This document shows, one piece after another, positions 49,967-59,682 of a stretch of 64,000 nucleotides of DNA. The stretch is from Acidimicrobiia bacterium (GTDB taxonomy: Bacteria; Actinomycetota; Acidimicrobiia; Spongiisociales; UBA5794). The stretch lies in the NCBI GenBank assembly GCA_030066755.1, contig JASJAX010000008.1:13958-77957 (forward strand), written 5' to 3'. The notes under the pieces were generated by a model, which was not told the DNA's origin, made no database searches, and saw only the letters and a list, made by a program, of their open reading frames with translations. Every line of letters starts with the position of its first letter. Position 1 is the first letter of the stretch. The translations under genes were made by a program, and so were the position numbers.

Positions 49967-50623
49967 ATGCGCCACGTGATCTGGGATTGGAACGGCACGC
50001 TGCTCGACGACCTCGAGATCGTCGTCGCCGCCGTCAATGACTCCTTGGCGTTGTTCGACGCGGCGCCGATCGACCCCGACGGCTATCGGGATCACTACAC
50101 GAGGCCGGTATACCGCTTCTACGAACGGCTCCTCGAGCGGGAGGTGACGGCAGCTGAGTGGGAGCGGATCGATGTCACCTTCCACGACTCCTACCGGCGG
50201 CGGCTCACGGCATCTCGGCTCACGGACGACGCTCTGGATGCACTGGGCCTTGCCGCAGACAGGGGTGCGTCGCAGTCGTTGCTGTCGATGTGGTGGCATG
50301 ACGAGCTGGTGCCCGCAGCGAACGACTGGGATGTTGCTCGCTACATGACGCGCATCGATGGCAATCGTGGCGAAGCCGGAGAGACGAAGGCGCGGCACCT
50401 CGCCAAACACCTCGCGGCGCTCAACGGTGACACCTCGGCCATCGAGCCCACGAGCGTCCTGGTGATCGGCGACAGTCTCGACGATGCGGTGGCGGCGCAG
50501 GAGGTCGGGGTGCCGTGCGTGCTCTACGACGGTGGGTCGCACCACCGGCGTGAGCTCGATGCGGCCGGTGTGCCGGTGGCGCAGAGCCTCGTCGCTGCGC
50601 TCCAACTCGGCGGCGTCGTCTGA
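49967..50623 (+). CDS. HAD family hydrolase
   Basis: WDWNGTLLDD, LS, K, IGDSLDD. Confidence 0.88.
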   Translation: MRHVIWDWNGTLLDDLEIVVAAVNDSLALFDAAPIDPDGYRDHYTRPVYRFYERLLEREVTAAEWERIDVTFHDSYRRRLTASRLTDDALDALGLAADRGASQSLLSMWWHDELVPAANDWDVARYMTRIDGNRGEAGETKARHLAKHLAALNGDTSAIEPTSVLVIGDSLDDAVAAQEVGVPCVLYDGGSHHRRELDAAGVPVAQSLVAALQLGGVV

Positions 50624-50669
50624 ACCGCCGTCCCTCCAGACCGTGAGCCGACCGGACTAGCGTGAGGGT

Positions 50670-51206
50670 ATGGCGGATTTGCCCACTCTCATCGGTGAGA
50701 CCGACATCCAGCAGCGCGTTGGCGAACTCGCCGATGAGATCAACGAGGCGTACGCGGACACCGACCTGCTGGTGCTGGTCGGCGTGCTGAAGGGCTCGTT
50801 CATGTTCCTCTCCGACCTGGCGAAGCGGCTCCGGGTACCCCACCGGGTTGAGTTCATCGCCGTGTCGAGTTACGGGGATCGCGAATCTGAGGAGCACACG
50901 GGTGCGGTCCGGCTGATCATGGACGTGCGCCACGATTTGGCCGGTGCCGACGTGCTCATTGTCGAGGACATCGTCGACACCGGGCACACGATCGTCTACC
51001 TCAAGGAGCTCCTGCAGGCACGTCACCCGAAGTCGCTTCGGCTCTGCACGCTGCTCCACAAGCCGGATCGCACAGAGGCGGACGTCGAGATCGAATACCT
51101 CGGCTTCACGATCCCCGATGTGTGGGTCGTCGGGTTCGGCCTCGACTACGCCGAACGCCACCGTACGTTGCCGTACGTCGCGGAACTCCCGCCCGACCAG
51201 CGCTGA
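50670..51206 (+). CDS. hpt: Hypoxanthine phosphoribosyltransferase
   Basis: GVLKGS, SSYG, VEDIVDTGHT, VVGFGLDY..R.LP. Confidence 0.95.
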   Translation: MADLPTLIGETDIQQRVGELADEINEAYADTDLLVLVGVLKGSFMFLSDLAKRLRVPHRVEFIAVSSYGDRESEEHTGAVRLIMDVRHDLAGADVLIVEDIVDTGHTIVYLKELLQARHPKSLRLCTLLHKPDRTEADVEIEYLGFTIPDVWVVGFGLDYAERHRTLPYVAELPPDQR

Positions 51207-51270
51207 TACGTCGTCGGGCGACGTAGGTCGCAGTACGTCGTACGGCTGAGCCGGAGGCTCGGCGAGCTGA

Positions 51271-51756
51271 TCAGTCCCGGTAGTTCACGTACTGCAGCGG
51301 GAGCCGGTAGTCGAGTCCCTTCACGAGTGCGATGACGGTCTGGAGATCGTCGCGTTTCTTGCCCTGAACCCGCAGCTGGTCGCCCTGGATCTGAACCTGG
51401 ACCTTGAGCTTGGCGTCGCGGATGTGCTTGGAAAGCTCTTTCGCGGCGTCCTGGGCGATGCCCTGGTTCAACGTGAACTCCGCTCGTACCCGACCCCCGG
51501 CGGCCGGCTTCGGATCGCCGCCGGCGAGGGACTTCAGCGATACCGACCGTTTCACCAGCCGACCCTTCACCACGTCGATGGCGGCGTCGAGCCGGCCGTC
51601 GGAGGCCGACTCGATCACGATGGCATCGTCCGAGATCTGCACGGTGGTGTTCGTGCCCTTGAAGTCGAACCGGTTCACGATCTCACGGTTGGCTTGATCG
51701 ACTGCGTTGCGGACTTCCTGCATGTCGACTTTGGAGACGATATCGAAGGCTGGCAT
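51271..51756 (-). CDS. yajQ: YajQ family nucleotide/c-di-GMP-binding protein
   Basis: MPAFDIVS, RFDFKG, IQGDQLRV.GKKRDDLQ, NYRD. Confidence 0.95.
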   Translation of the reverse strand: MPAFDIVSKVDMQEVRNAVDQANREIVNRFDFKGTNTTVQISDDAIVIESASDGRLDAAIDVVKGRLVKRSVSLKSLAGGDPKPAAGGRVRAEFTLNQGIAQDAAKELSKHIRDAKLKVQVQIQGDQLRVQGKKRDDLQTVIALVKGLDYRLPLQYVNYRD

Positions 51757-51798
51757 GGCGGGGAGCGTAGCCTGATGGCCGCACCATCAGGCTGGTTA

Positions 51799-52644
51799 TC
51801 AGCGTGGGGCCAGCTCGGACGACTGGACGGCCCGCGCCGCCTGGACGGCACCGGCGTGCATTGCGGGTTCGAGCTCGGCGCCACCGAGCCACGTCACTGC
51901 AAACCCGGCAAAGAAGGCGTCGCCGGCTCCGTTGGTGTCGACGACCTCGCCGGATTCGACCGGCACCGCCGGCATGTCCACCCAGCCGTGCTCGGCAGTG
52001 AGCCCCGTTGCGCCGGCGCTGCCGTGCGTGCAGACGACGGTCGTCGTTCCCGCCTCGATCCGACGCTCCATGAAGCCGCGCCAAGCGTCGAGGCGGTTGG
52101 ACGTGAGCTGGAGATGGGCAGCGCCCTCGATGAAGTCGGTGTAATGCGGGTTGTCCGCTTCGTAGTCATGGAGATCGCACCAATAACCGATGCCCGCGTC
52201 AGCGAGGATCGGGAGCAGTGGCCGAGCCGCGTTGACGATCGTGACGGCGCACAGGTCGACGTCGTGCAGCAGCGGAGACACGAAGCCGGGGTCGACCGAA
52301 AGCCGCTGCAAGCCCCCGTTGGCGAAGATCGAGATCCGCTCGCCCTTGCCGTCCATCAAGTTCACGTGGCGCACGGTCCCGGTTGGATCCGGGGCGGTCA
52401 CGAAGTCGACGCCGGCGCGATCCATGTAGGCGGTGATCCGCCGCCCCGGGTCGTCGTCGCCGATCATGCCCCACAGGGTGACGTCGACGCCGAGGGTCCG
52501 GAGGTTCAGCGCCTTGCCGGCTCCGCTCGATCCCACGGTTTCGTGGTAGCCGTTGCTGAACACCGTCGCCGGTTCCGGAGCCGGGAACCGATCGACGTAC
52601 ACCATCGTGTTCCACGCCACGCCACCGAGGACGAGAGCGCGCAT
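51799..52644 (-). CDS. PfkB family carbohydrate/nucleoside kinase
   Basis: GKALNL..LG..GMIGDD, THGSAGA, VDTNGAGDAF. Confidence 0.9.
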   Translation of the reverse strand: MRALVLGGVAWNTMVYVDRFPAPEPATVFSNGYHETVGSSGAGKALNLRTLGVDVTLWGMIGDDDPGRRITAYMDRAGVDFVTAPDPTGTVRHVNLMDGKGERISIFANGGLQRLSVDPGFVSPLLHDVDLCAVTIVNAARPLLPILADAGIGYWCDLHDYEADNPHYTDFIEGAAHLQLTSNRLDAWRGFMERRIEAGTTTVVCTHGSAGATGLTAEHGWVDMPAVPVESGEVVDTNGAGDAFFAGFAVTWLGGAELEPAMHAGAVQAARAVQSSELAPR

Positions 52645-52660
52645 ACCGTCGGCAGTCACG

Positions 52661-53650
52661 TCAGCGGTAGGCAGGCCCGGCTGGTCCACGCCGCACGACG
52701 GCCGCCCATACCGTGTCGTAGTGATCACGATCGAACGGGTCGATGTGGGGAAGCACGAACTCCTCCCATGAACGGCGGAGTGGGTCCGCAGCGCTGTTGT
52801 AGACGCGCAGTCCGGCCGGAATCCGATCGAGCACGGTCCGCAGGCTCATCGGCGTCTCGACCCGCGTGCGAGCGTCGGTCGAGGTGAACGACGCGTTGAC
52901 CTCGACGGCCAGTTTGGCGATCAGCTCGCGAAACTCGACCTTGAGGCCGGGATGCCGGCGATCGAGCATGGACGTCAGCTGGTCCTCAGCGGGGAAGTCC
53001 TTCTCCCAAATGATCCAGCGGTCGGCGAAGGCCTTGTTCAGTGTCTGCGTTCCGGCGTAGTCGCGTAGGTCCGTCGGGTTGAGCGTGCCGAACACTCGGA
53101 CGTCATCGCGCAGGCGCACGAGTTCGCCGGTCGGAAGCTCGAGCGCGCGATGTCGATCGAGGAGACCGTGCAGCGCAAACAACGTCTCGGCGCCGGCGGC
53201 ATTGAGCTCCGAGAGGTTGATGAGCGCCGGGCCTCGCAATGCGCGGGTGATGTCGCCGTCCTCCCAGCGGGATTCCGTGCCGCCCTTGCCGTCCCCGTGC
53301 AGCTTGACCGACCCGATGAGGGTGATGTCACGGACCTCCCCGGTCAGCGGGATCCGATAGTGGGGCATGTGCAGCAACGCGGCGAACTGCTCGAGATCGT
53401 GGTCTTTCCCGGTTCCCATGTGTCCGCGAAGTGCGAGATGTAGGGGGGTGTCCGCAAAGGCGCCGCGGCGAACCTGTTCGAGCTGCGCCAACCGGTACAG
53501 CATCCCGAGGTCGACGTAGTACGGGTCGGGCTCGGGAATGTGCGCCGCACGGAGTTCAGCGTCGGACAGGTCCTTGGGTAGGGCGACCGTCTCGAGCTCG
53601 ATGGGCGGGCCCTCGCCGGTCGGATCGGTGAAGGTCACGATGTCAGACAT
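52661..53650 (-). CDS. MoxR/CbbQ/CobS-type AAA+ ATPase with atypical Walker motifs
   Basis: GHMGTGKD, WEDG, INLSELN, TLNP, AFADRW, SLRT; overlaps the stop of the vWA gene. Confidence 0.85.
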   Translation of the reverse strand: MSDIVTFTDPTGEGPPIELETVALPKDLSDAELRAAHIPEPDPYYVDLGMLYRLAQLEQVRRGAFADTPLHLALRGHMGTGKDHDLEQFAALLHMPHYRIPLTGEVRDITLIGSVKLHGDGKGGTESRWEDGDITRALRGPALINLSELNAAGAETLFALHGLLDRHRALELPTGELVRLRDDVRVFGTLNPTDLRDYAGTQTLNKAFADRWIIWEKDFPAEDQLTSMLDRRHPGLKVEFRELIAKLAVEVNASFTSTDARTRVETPMSLRTVLDRIPAGLRVYNSAADPLRRSWEEFVLPHIDPFDRDHYDTVWAAVVRRGPAGPAYR

Positions 53651-55868
53651 TGCTGCTCCTTGCGGATGTTGGTTCGTAGATGTTGCGTTCTGATGAATGG
53701 GCCCACCAGGTGTCGCCACCGGTGGTTGCCAGGGTCTTGTAGAGGGTGGAGCGCACGCCACCAACCATGGCGGCGGCGAGCTCTCGGGGTTGCTCGACGA
53801 CCTGATTGCGGGAGTAGGCGGCTTGCACCGTCTCATCGCCGATGCCGATGCCGAGCACGACGGCACCAGTGTGTTCGACCGCTTCGACGGAGTCGGCGAG
53901 ATCCTGGACAGACCCGCGGGTCATACCATCGGCAAGGACGACGAGGATTCGGGTCGACACCTTGCGATTGGCGAGTCGCATCGCGGCGTACTGAACGTTG
54001 AACTCGTCGACGTTTGCGGCCTTGTCGAACATCGAGATCGGCGGTGCCTTCTCGGTATCTCGCCTGACCGTCCGGCTGGCTTCTTGCGGTGTGGCTGCCA
54101 TGTAGAACAACCCAGCCAGCAACTCCTCGGCGGATCGCCACCGGGCGTCGAACGGTTTGACCAAGTAGTGATTGACGGTGCGCGTCAGTCGCTCGGCCGC
54201 GCCCCCTTGGCTCCGCCTCAGCGCGCCGGTCGCAGCATGGCGGCGTTCCGAGAACGACTTCTCGGTGTCGTCGGCCGCGGCGGCAAAGGCTCGATTGAAG
54301 AGCGCGACCTCGAAGTCGATCTGCAACTCGTCGCAGAGCCGCGCCAGGGTGATGGCTCCGAGGGTTGCAGCCGCAAGGGCCCAGGGAGTCTTGCGACCGG
54401 CCTCGAGCGGGCGAGGCTGGAGCATGCTCGCCGAGCCGTCGACGAGGAGGCTGACGCCGTACGAACGCTTGGTCGGCAGGTCGCGTCGCTCGAACATGCG
54501 CTCATAGAGACCGCCGCCCAGGAGGAGCGCCGCATACGGAGACAAGTCGCCGGCATCGAAACCGGAACGGAGGCCGCGTCGCTGGTTGGCGAGGAAGAGG
54601 GGATAGAGCTCGCCCGACACCCGGCGTTGCGCCACCTCCCACTCCTGTGACGCCCGGGCGATGAGTTCACGACCGTCGGCGCCGAACTGTGCAAACCGCT
54701 CCGGGAAGGACGCGACGACCAGCTTGCCGCCCTGGCCGGTCGGCAGGTAGACGGTGGGCGACTCGCTCACCTTGACCAGCTGATCCGTCGCCGGGTCACC
54801 GGCCATCTCTGCGTCACCCCGGCGACCGTGTTGCGCCGACACGGTCTGGGCCGCCTGACGGGTCTGGTCGTAACTCTCCGCATCCTGGAGGGGCGGAGTG
54901 ACGATGCGGACTGCGTCGACCGACTCGGACATCGAGGCGGCGTCGGCTTCCGACATGAGGGTCCGGTCGGACTTGGAAGCGTCCGCACCGGTTTCGGTGA
55001 GGAGCTGGTGAACTCGGGCGACTTCCAGCAGCTCGAGCGCAAGGCCGCCGACATCCCACGGGTCGTCGGTTTCGGCGAGGCGTTCGATCCACGCCATGGC
55101 GTCATCGAGCGCCGCCGCAACATGCGGGGCGACCCGCCGTTGCAGCATGTCTCGGTCGGCGTAATCGCCGCCGAGCATGAAGCACGCCAACGCGAACTGT
55201 CCCAACGGCCGTGCGTCCCGCATCGCATCGGTCATCGCCGCGCGATAGAGGTCGCCCAGCACCGATCGTGCTCCCTCGTACGCTGCGAAGTAGCGCCGTT
55301 CCTGCCGGGCGTCTTCGAGCGAGAGGAACATCGCCTCGGCTGCGGCCCCACCAGCTTCGTGGAGCGCCTCGAGGAGCGGAACGGCAACGGCGTCGAGCAA
55401 CGCGGCCGAAGGCTCCTCGGCGATCGGTTCCGGCTCGACGTCGAGTTCCTCGGCGTCATCGTCGAAGTCGAAGAGCCCGAGCGGTCCGTCAATCCGCTCT
55501 GGCGCCGTGTCTTCGACCTCGGGCGGCGTCGGCAGCCAGGACGGCGGGATCGGCCGCTTCTCCTCGAAGTCGGTCGCGACGAGGTGCACCGCTTCATGCA
55601 ACGCCGACGCCAACGCCACCTCGGTGGGCGTCACCGGGGCGCTGCGGGCGTAGGCCGCCTGGAACACGCCCGGGTCGATCACGATCTCGTTCTCGTCCGC
55701 TGCGGCCTGCGAACCGAGCCGCACCGTGAGCTCTTCGTTCCCGGAAAGCGTCCTGGCAAACCGGGTCACGGCCGGCGCTACCCGCTGATAGCGCGCAACT
55801 ACGGCCTCGATCACCCGTTCGTCGGGCGGCAAGACCTCGTTGAGCACCGATTGCGTACGGTCGCGCAT
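53643..55868 (-). CDS. vWA (CobT/NorD-like) domain protein with N-terminal HExxH
   Basis: LHEAVHL; LEDARQER; LVDGSASM (MIDAS); VLADG; GIGIG. Confidence 0.82.
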   Translation of the reverse strand: MRDRTQSVLNEVLPPDERVIEAVVARYQRVAPAVTRFARTLSGNEELTVRLGSQAAADENEIVIDPGVFQAAYARSAPVTPTEVALASALHEAVHLVATDFEEKRPIPPSWLPTPPEVEDTAPERIDGPLGLFDFDDDAEELDVEPEPIAEEPSAALLDAVAVPLLEALHEAGGAAAEAMFLSLEDARQERRYFAAYEGARSVLGDLYRAAMTDAMRDARPLGQFALACFMLGGDYADRDMLQRRVAPHVAAALDDAMAWIERLAETDDPWDVGGLALELLEVARVHQLLTETGADASKSDRTLMSEADAASMSESVDAVRIVTPPLQDAESYDQTRQAAQTVSAQHGRRGDAEMAGDPATDQLVKVSESPTVYLPTGQGGKLVVASFPERFAQFGADGRELIARASQEWEVAQRRVSGELYPLFLANQRRGLRSGFDAGDLSPYAALLLGGGLYERMFERRDLPTKRSYGVSLLVDGSASMLQPRPLEAGRKTPWALAAATLGAITLARLCDELQIDFEVALFNRAFAAAADDTEKSFSERRHAATGALRRSQGGAAERLTRTVNHYLVKPFDARWRSAEELLAGLFYMAATPQEASRTVRRDTEKAPPISMFDKAANVDEFNVQYAAMRLANRKVSTRILVVLADGMTRGSVQDLADSVEAVEHTGAVVLGIGIGDETVQAAYSRNQVVEQPRELAAAMVGGVRSTLYKTLATTGGDTWWAHSSERNIYEPTSARSSNV

Positions 55869-55934
55869 AACCGGCTGATTGTCTCATGGCTGTCAAGTAG
55901 CGGGGACGCGTGACGACAAGACGCCGTCGCCGAG

Positions 55935-55976
55935 GTCTCAGGTCTCAGGTCTCAGGTCTCAGGTCTCAGGTCTCAA
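55935..55976. repeat. Heptamer array (GTCTCAG)x6
   Basis: Read directly; solitary left-type arm between divergent genes. Confidence 0.95.
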
Positions 55977-56003
55977 GTACGTGTCACCGGCTACGTTGGC
56001 TTC

Positions 56004-56426
56004 ATGGACGATCTCCAAGTGACGCCCGACCACTTCATTCCGGCCAATGAGCTGGAGTGGCGGTTTGACACGTCTGGGGGGCCTGGGGGGCAGCATGCGA
56101 ACAAGGCTGCCACTCGGGTCGAGCTGCGTTTCGACCTCGGCCGGAGCGAGGTGTTTCCTGCCGATATGCGGCGACACATGCTCGACCAGCTCGGCAGTCG
56201 GGTTCGTGACGGCGTGGTCACGGTGTCCGTCGACGAGTCTCGCTCGCAGTACCGGAATCGGGTGACGGCCCGCCGGCGACTCGCCGAGCTTCTCGCCGAG
56301 TCGATGCGGATGCCGACTGCGAGGCGCCCGACACGTCCGAGCCGGGCCGCGAAGCGCCGTCGTAGCGAAGCCAAGCGGCGGAGATCGGAAACGAAACGAT
56401 TGCGGCGTCGCCCGGAGCTCGACTGA
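56004..56426 (+). CDS. arfB: Alternative ribosome rescue peptidyl-tRNA hydrolase ArfB
   Basis: SGGPGGQHANK, RSQYRN, basic C-terminal tail. Confidence 0.93.
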   Translation: MDDLQVTPDHFIPANELEWRFDTSGGPGGQHANKAATRVELRFDLGRSEVFPADMRRHMLDQLGSRVRDGVVTVSVDESRSQYRNRVTARRRLAELLAESMRMPTARRPTRPSRAAKRRRSEAKRRRSETKRLRRRPELD

Positions 56427-56429
56427 ACG

Positions 56430-57209
56430 CTACGGGGTGACCACCGAAACGGTGAGCGATCCGTCGAGTCCGCTGGGACGCTCGCCTCTCGCAAAGCTGG
56501 CAGCGAGCTTCAGCTCGTAATCGCCCGGCGTTGCATCGGCGGCGTCGACGAAGAACCGAACCACGTCGGTCTCGCCGTCCTCGAGCGATGCATCGTGGTG
56601 CAGGCTCGTCGTCGACCCGTACCCCGGGTAGGTGATCGGCAGTGCTGCTTCGGCCCCAACGACGACCGAGAACCGCTCGACGACAGGAGCGAGGCCGGAG
56701 TAGGCGACCTCCACCCACATGCCGGCACCGGCGGTGACTTCGACCGCATCAGTCACTTGAGCAACATCGGTGCCCCGGTAAACGGTTGTTGGAACCTTGA
56801 CGTTGTGAATCGACGACTGGCGGCGTCGGCCGCCATCCCACGACGCCTCGAGTTGGAGCTTGAAGCCGTTCGCTCTGGTCGCCTTCGATGACTCCGGCAC
56901 GTGGACCTGGATCGCCGTGTAGTCGATCTCGCCGTCCATCAGGTGCGGTGATTGGTACGGGCCGCTGTACGTTGCGGTGTTCTCCGGGTAACCGAACTCC
57001 GCAGCGTCGGTGCGCCGGACGACGACCCGGAAGTTCTCGAGATCGCCTTTGGCGCGCCAGGTGAAGGCCAACCACACGGTGTCGCCGACAACGACGGCGG
57101 CGGAGCGTTCTTGAATGAGTTCGACCTTGCCGGGCCGATCCGCACTTGCGGGAGCCGCCAGCGACACCACCAGGCCGGTCAGCAGGAGGCAGATCGTCAA
57201 GCGTCGCAT
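56430..57209 (-). CDS. Secreted hypothetical protein with two similar beta-rich repeats
   Basis: Signal peptide ending APASA; internal repeat (YP..HLMDGEIDY / YP..SLEDGETDV). Confidence 0.65.
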   Translation of the reverse strand: MRRLTICLLLTGLVVSLAAPASADRPGKVELIQERSAAVVVGDTVWLAFTWRAKGDLENFRVVVRRTDAAEFGYPENTATYSGPYQSPHLMDGEIDYTAIQVHVPESSKATRANGFKLQLEASWDGGRRRQSSIHNVKVPTTVYRGTDVAQVTDAVEVTAGAGMWVEVAYSGLAPVVERFSVVVGAEAALPITYPGYGSTTSLHHDASLEDGETDVVRFFVDAADATPGDYELKLAASFARGERPSGLDGSLTVSVVTP

Positions 57210-57210
57210 C

Positions 57211-57498
57211 TCAGCCCTCCCCGCACACGGTGTCGAACGCCACGGAGACCCGCTGACGCAGCTCGGCGTCGTCATCGAGTGTTGCCTTGAAGTCGTCATA
57301 GACGGCGCGGTCGACGCCAGATTCCGCCAACAACGAAGTCAGTTCGGCGTCGATGTCGACCGCCTCGTCGAATGCGAAACGCGGTACATCACAGAGCCAG
57401 GCCGCCTCCACGGCGACCACCTCATCGGAGAACGACGTTCCCCCGCACGCGCTGAGCAGGGCGGCGAGAACGAGGCCGGCGATTGCACTTCGACGCAT
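57211..57498 (-). CDS. Small hypothetical lipoprotein
   Basis: MRRSAIAGLVLAALLSAC lipobox; two further Cys. Confidence 0.6.
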   Translation of the reverse strand: MRRSAIAGLVLAALLSACGGTSFSDEVVAVEAAWLCDVPRFAFDEAVDIDAELTSLLAESGVDRAVYDDFKATLDDDAELRQRVSVAFDTVCGEG

Positions 57499-57609
57499 GG
57501 CAAAACCTCGGATCGCTTTGCACTCCTGTCGGCAAAAACCCCTGGCAGGAAAGGACTCATCGGTGGGTGCGCGACGGGTTGGGGCGCCGCCGTCTCTACA
57601 CTCGAGTCG

Positions 57610-58860
57610 ATGCATTTCGACCTCACCACACTGCCCAACGGCCTCCGTGTGATCTCCCAGGACATGCCCTCCGTTCGCTCGGTTTCGGTCGGCATGTGGG
57701 TTGACGCCGGAAGCCGCGATGAAAACCCCGTTGAAGCCGGCGCCAGCCATTTCCTCGAACACCTGTTGTTCAAGGGGAGTGACCGCCTCTCGGCCCAAGC
57801 GATCGCCGAAGCATTCGACGCCGTCGGCGCCCAACACAACGCGTTCACGTCCAAGGAGTACACCTCGTACTGGGCGAAGCTGCGCGACGCCGACCTGCCG
57901 CTTGCGACGGAGATCCTCTCCGAGATGCTGATCCGTCCCGCGTTCCGCCAAGAGGAGATCGACTCGGAACGCCACGTGGTCATGGAAGAGATCAACATGA
58001 ACGAGGACGACCCGACCGACGTCGCCCACGAGATGTTCGTGCGGTCGCTCTGGGCGGGGCACCCCCTCGCCCCCCCGATCCTCGGAACCCGCAACTCGAT
58101 CACCGAGATGACGCGAGACACGATCGCCGGGTACTGGGGTCGCCGCTATTCACCGCAGTCCGTCGTCGTTGCTGCTGCGGGCCGGGTCGACCACGCCGAA
58201 CTGGTTGCGCAGATCGAATCGCACATGGGGGAGTGGTCCGGCCCGACGATCGACCGGCAGGTCTCGCCCGCCGAACCGCACGCAGAGGTCAATGTGACCC
58301 GTCGCGACACCGAGCAAGCCCACCTCGTGTTCGGCGGTGAGGCGCTCACCCGCGACGACGAGCGACGATGGGCGCTGACTGTGGTCGACCACGTCCTCGG
58401 CGGCGGCATGTCGTCCCGGCTCTTCCGGGAGATCCGCGAGCAGCGTGGCCTCGCATACGCCGTCCACAGCTTCCGGCTGCCGTTCAAGGACAGCGGTGCG
58501 TTCGCCATCTACGTCGGTACGACACCCACGCAGACCTCCGAGGTGTTGAAACTCATCCGCAGCGAGCTGGACAAGATGATGCAGGACGGGCTGACTGAAG
58601 AGGAGCTGCGGCGAGCAAAGGGCCACGTTGCCGGGGCGTTGGCGCTGTCCCTCGAGGACTCGGGTAGCCGGATGAACCGACTGGGTCGCAACGAGCTCAC
58701 CGGTATCGAACAGCTGTCGGTCGACGAGATCGTTGCCCGTGTAGAAGCTGTTGATTTGGACGAGGCGTTGGACGTCGCCCGGGATGTCTATGCGGGGCCG
58801 TACGTGCTCGGCGCCGTTGGGCCCTTCGACGCCGAGGATCTCGAGAGCTTCATCGCATGA
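57610..58860 (+). CDS. M16 (pitrilysin) family peptidase
   Basis: GSRDE, HFLEHLLFKG, NAFTSKE, GGGMSSRLF.EIRE.RGLAY. Confidence 0.93.
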   Translation: MHFDLTTLPNGLRVISQDMPSVRSVSVGMWVDAGSRDENPVEAGASHFLEHLLFKGSDRLSAQAIAEAFDAVGAQHNAFTSKEYTSYWAKLRDADLPLATEILSEMLIRPAFRQEEIDSERHVVMEEINMNEDDPTDVAHEMFVRSLWAGHPLAPPILGTRNSITEMTRDTIAGYWGRRYSPQSVVVAAAGRVDHAELVAQIESHMGEWSGPTIDRQVSPAEPHAEVNVTRRDTEQAHLVFGGEALTRDDERRWALTVVDHVLGGGMSSRLFREIREQRGLAYAVHSFRLPFKDSGAFAIYVGTTPTQTSEVLKLIRSELDKMMQDGLTEEELRRAKGHVAGALALSLEDSGSRMNRLGRNELTGIEQLSVDEIVARVEAVDLDEALDVARDVYAGPYVLGAVGPFDAEDLESFIA

Positions 58861-59618
58861 TTGCGGTTGCCGTCTCCGGAGCTGCAGGACGCATGGGGCG
58901 TCTGGTAGCGGAGACGGTCGCCGAGACCGACGGCCTCGATCTCATCGCATGTTTCGATCCCGGTGCGCCGGGAGACACCGTGGCGGGAACCCTCGTATCG
59001 GATGAACCCGGCGCGGTCGCAGACGCCGACGTGGTCGTCGAGTTCACCCAACCAGACGTCGTCATCGGAAATCTGACGGAGTGGCGCCGGCAAGGGGTCC
59101 ACGCCGTGGTCGGTACATCCGGATTCAACGATGAGCGATTGGCCGCTGTGCGCGCCATGTGGGGCGACGGTCCTCCGAACTGCATCATCGTGCCGAACTT
59201 CTCAATCGGAGCCGTCATGATGATGCGGCTCTCCGAGTTGGCCGCCCCGCACTTCCAGGCTGCGGAGGTCATCGAACTCCACCACGACAAGAAGGCTGAC
59301 GCCCCGTCCGGCACGGCGCTCAACACTGCGGCACGGATCGCGGCCGTTCAGGAGCAACAGCGGGCCGTCGAATCTCGTGAGCTCTCGACCGGCGCGCGAG
59401 GTGCCTCGGTCGACGACGTTCGGGTCCACTCGGTGCGTCTGCCCGGCTACGTGGCACACCAGGAGGTCATCTTCGGCGGAGTCGGCGAAACGCTGACGAT
59501 CCGCCACGACACGACGGATCGCCACTCGTTCATGCCGGGTGTGGTGCTCGCCGTGCGCCAGGTCGCGGGGCTCGACGAATCCGTGGTTGTTGGGCTCGAC
59601 GCCCTCCTCGGCATCTGA
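58857..59618 (+). CDS. dapB: 4-hydroxy-tetrahydrodipicolinate reductase
   Basis: GAAGRMG, VGTSG, PNFSIG, ELHHDKKADAPSGTA. Confidence 0.95.
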   Translation: MIAVAVSGAAGRMGRLVAETVAETDGLDLIACFDPGAPGDTVAGTLVSDEPGAVADADVVVEFTQPDVVIGNLTEWRRQGVHAVVGTSGFNDERLAAVRAMWGDGPPNCIIVPNFSIGAVMMMRLSELAAPHFQAAEVIELHHDKKADAPSGTALNTAARIAAVQEQQRAVESRELSTGARGASVDDVRVHSVRLPGYVAHQEVIFGGVGETLTIRHDTTDRHSFMPGVVLAVRQVAGLDESVVVGLDALLGI

Positions 59619-59682
59619 TCTGGCACATCTGACGCATTTGTAGGCTCCGTAGAACTTCCGAGACGCAACAACTGGAAGGCCC

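Noticed and set aside
51207-51245. Degenerate TACGTCG-type repeats between hpt and yajQ, and similar traces at 60536-60563
   Set aside because: Too few and too degenerate to call as arrays; possibly decayed members of the heptamer family
59612-59640. Short CATCTG repeats after dapB
   Set aside because: Only 2-3 imperfect copies; not distinguishable from chance
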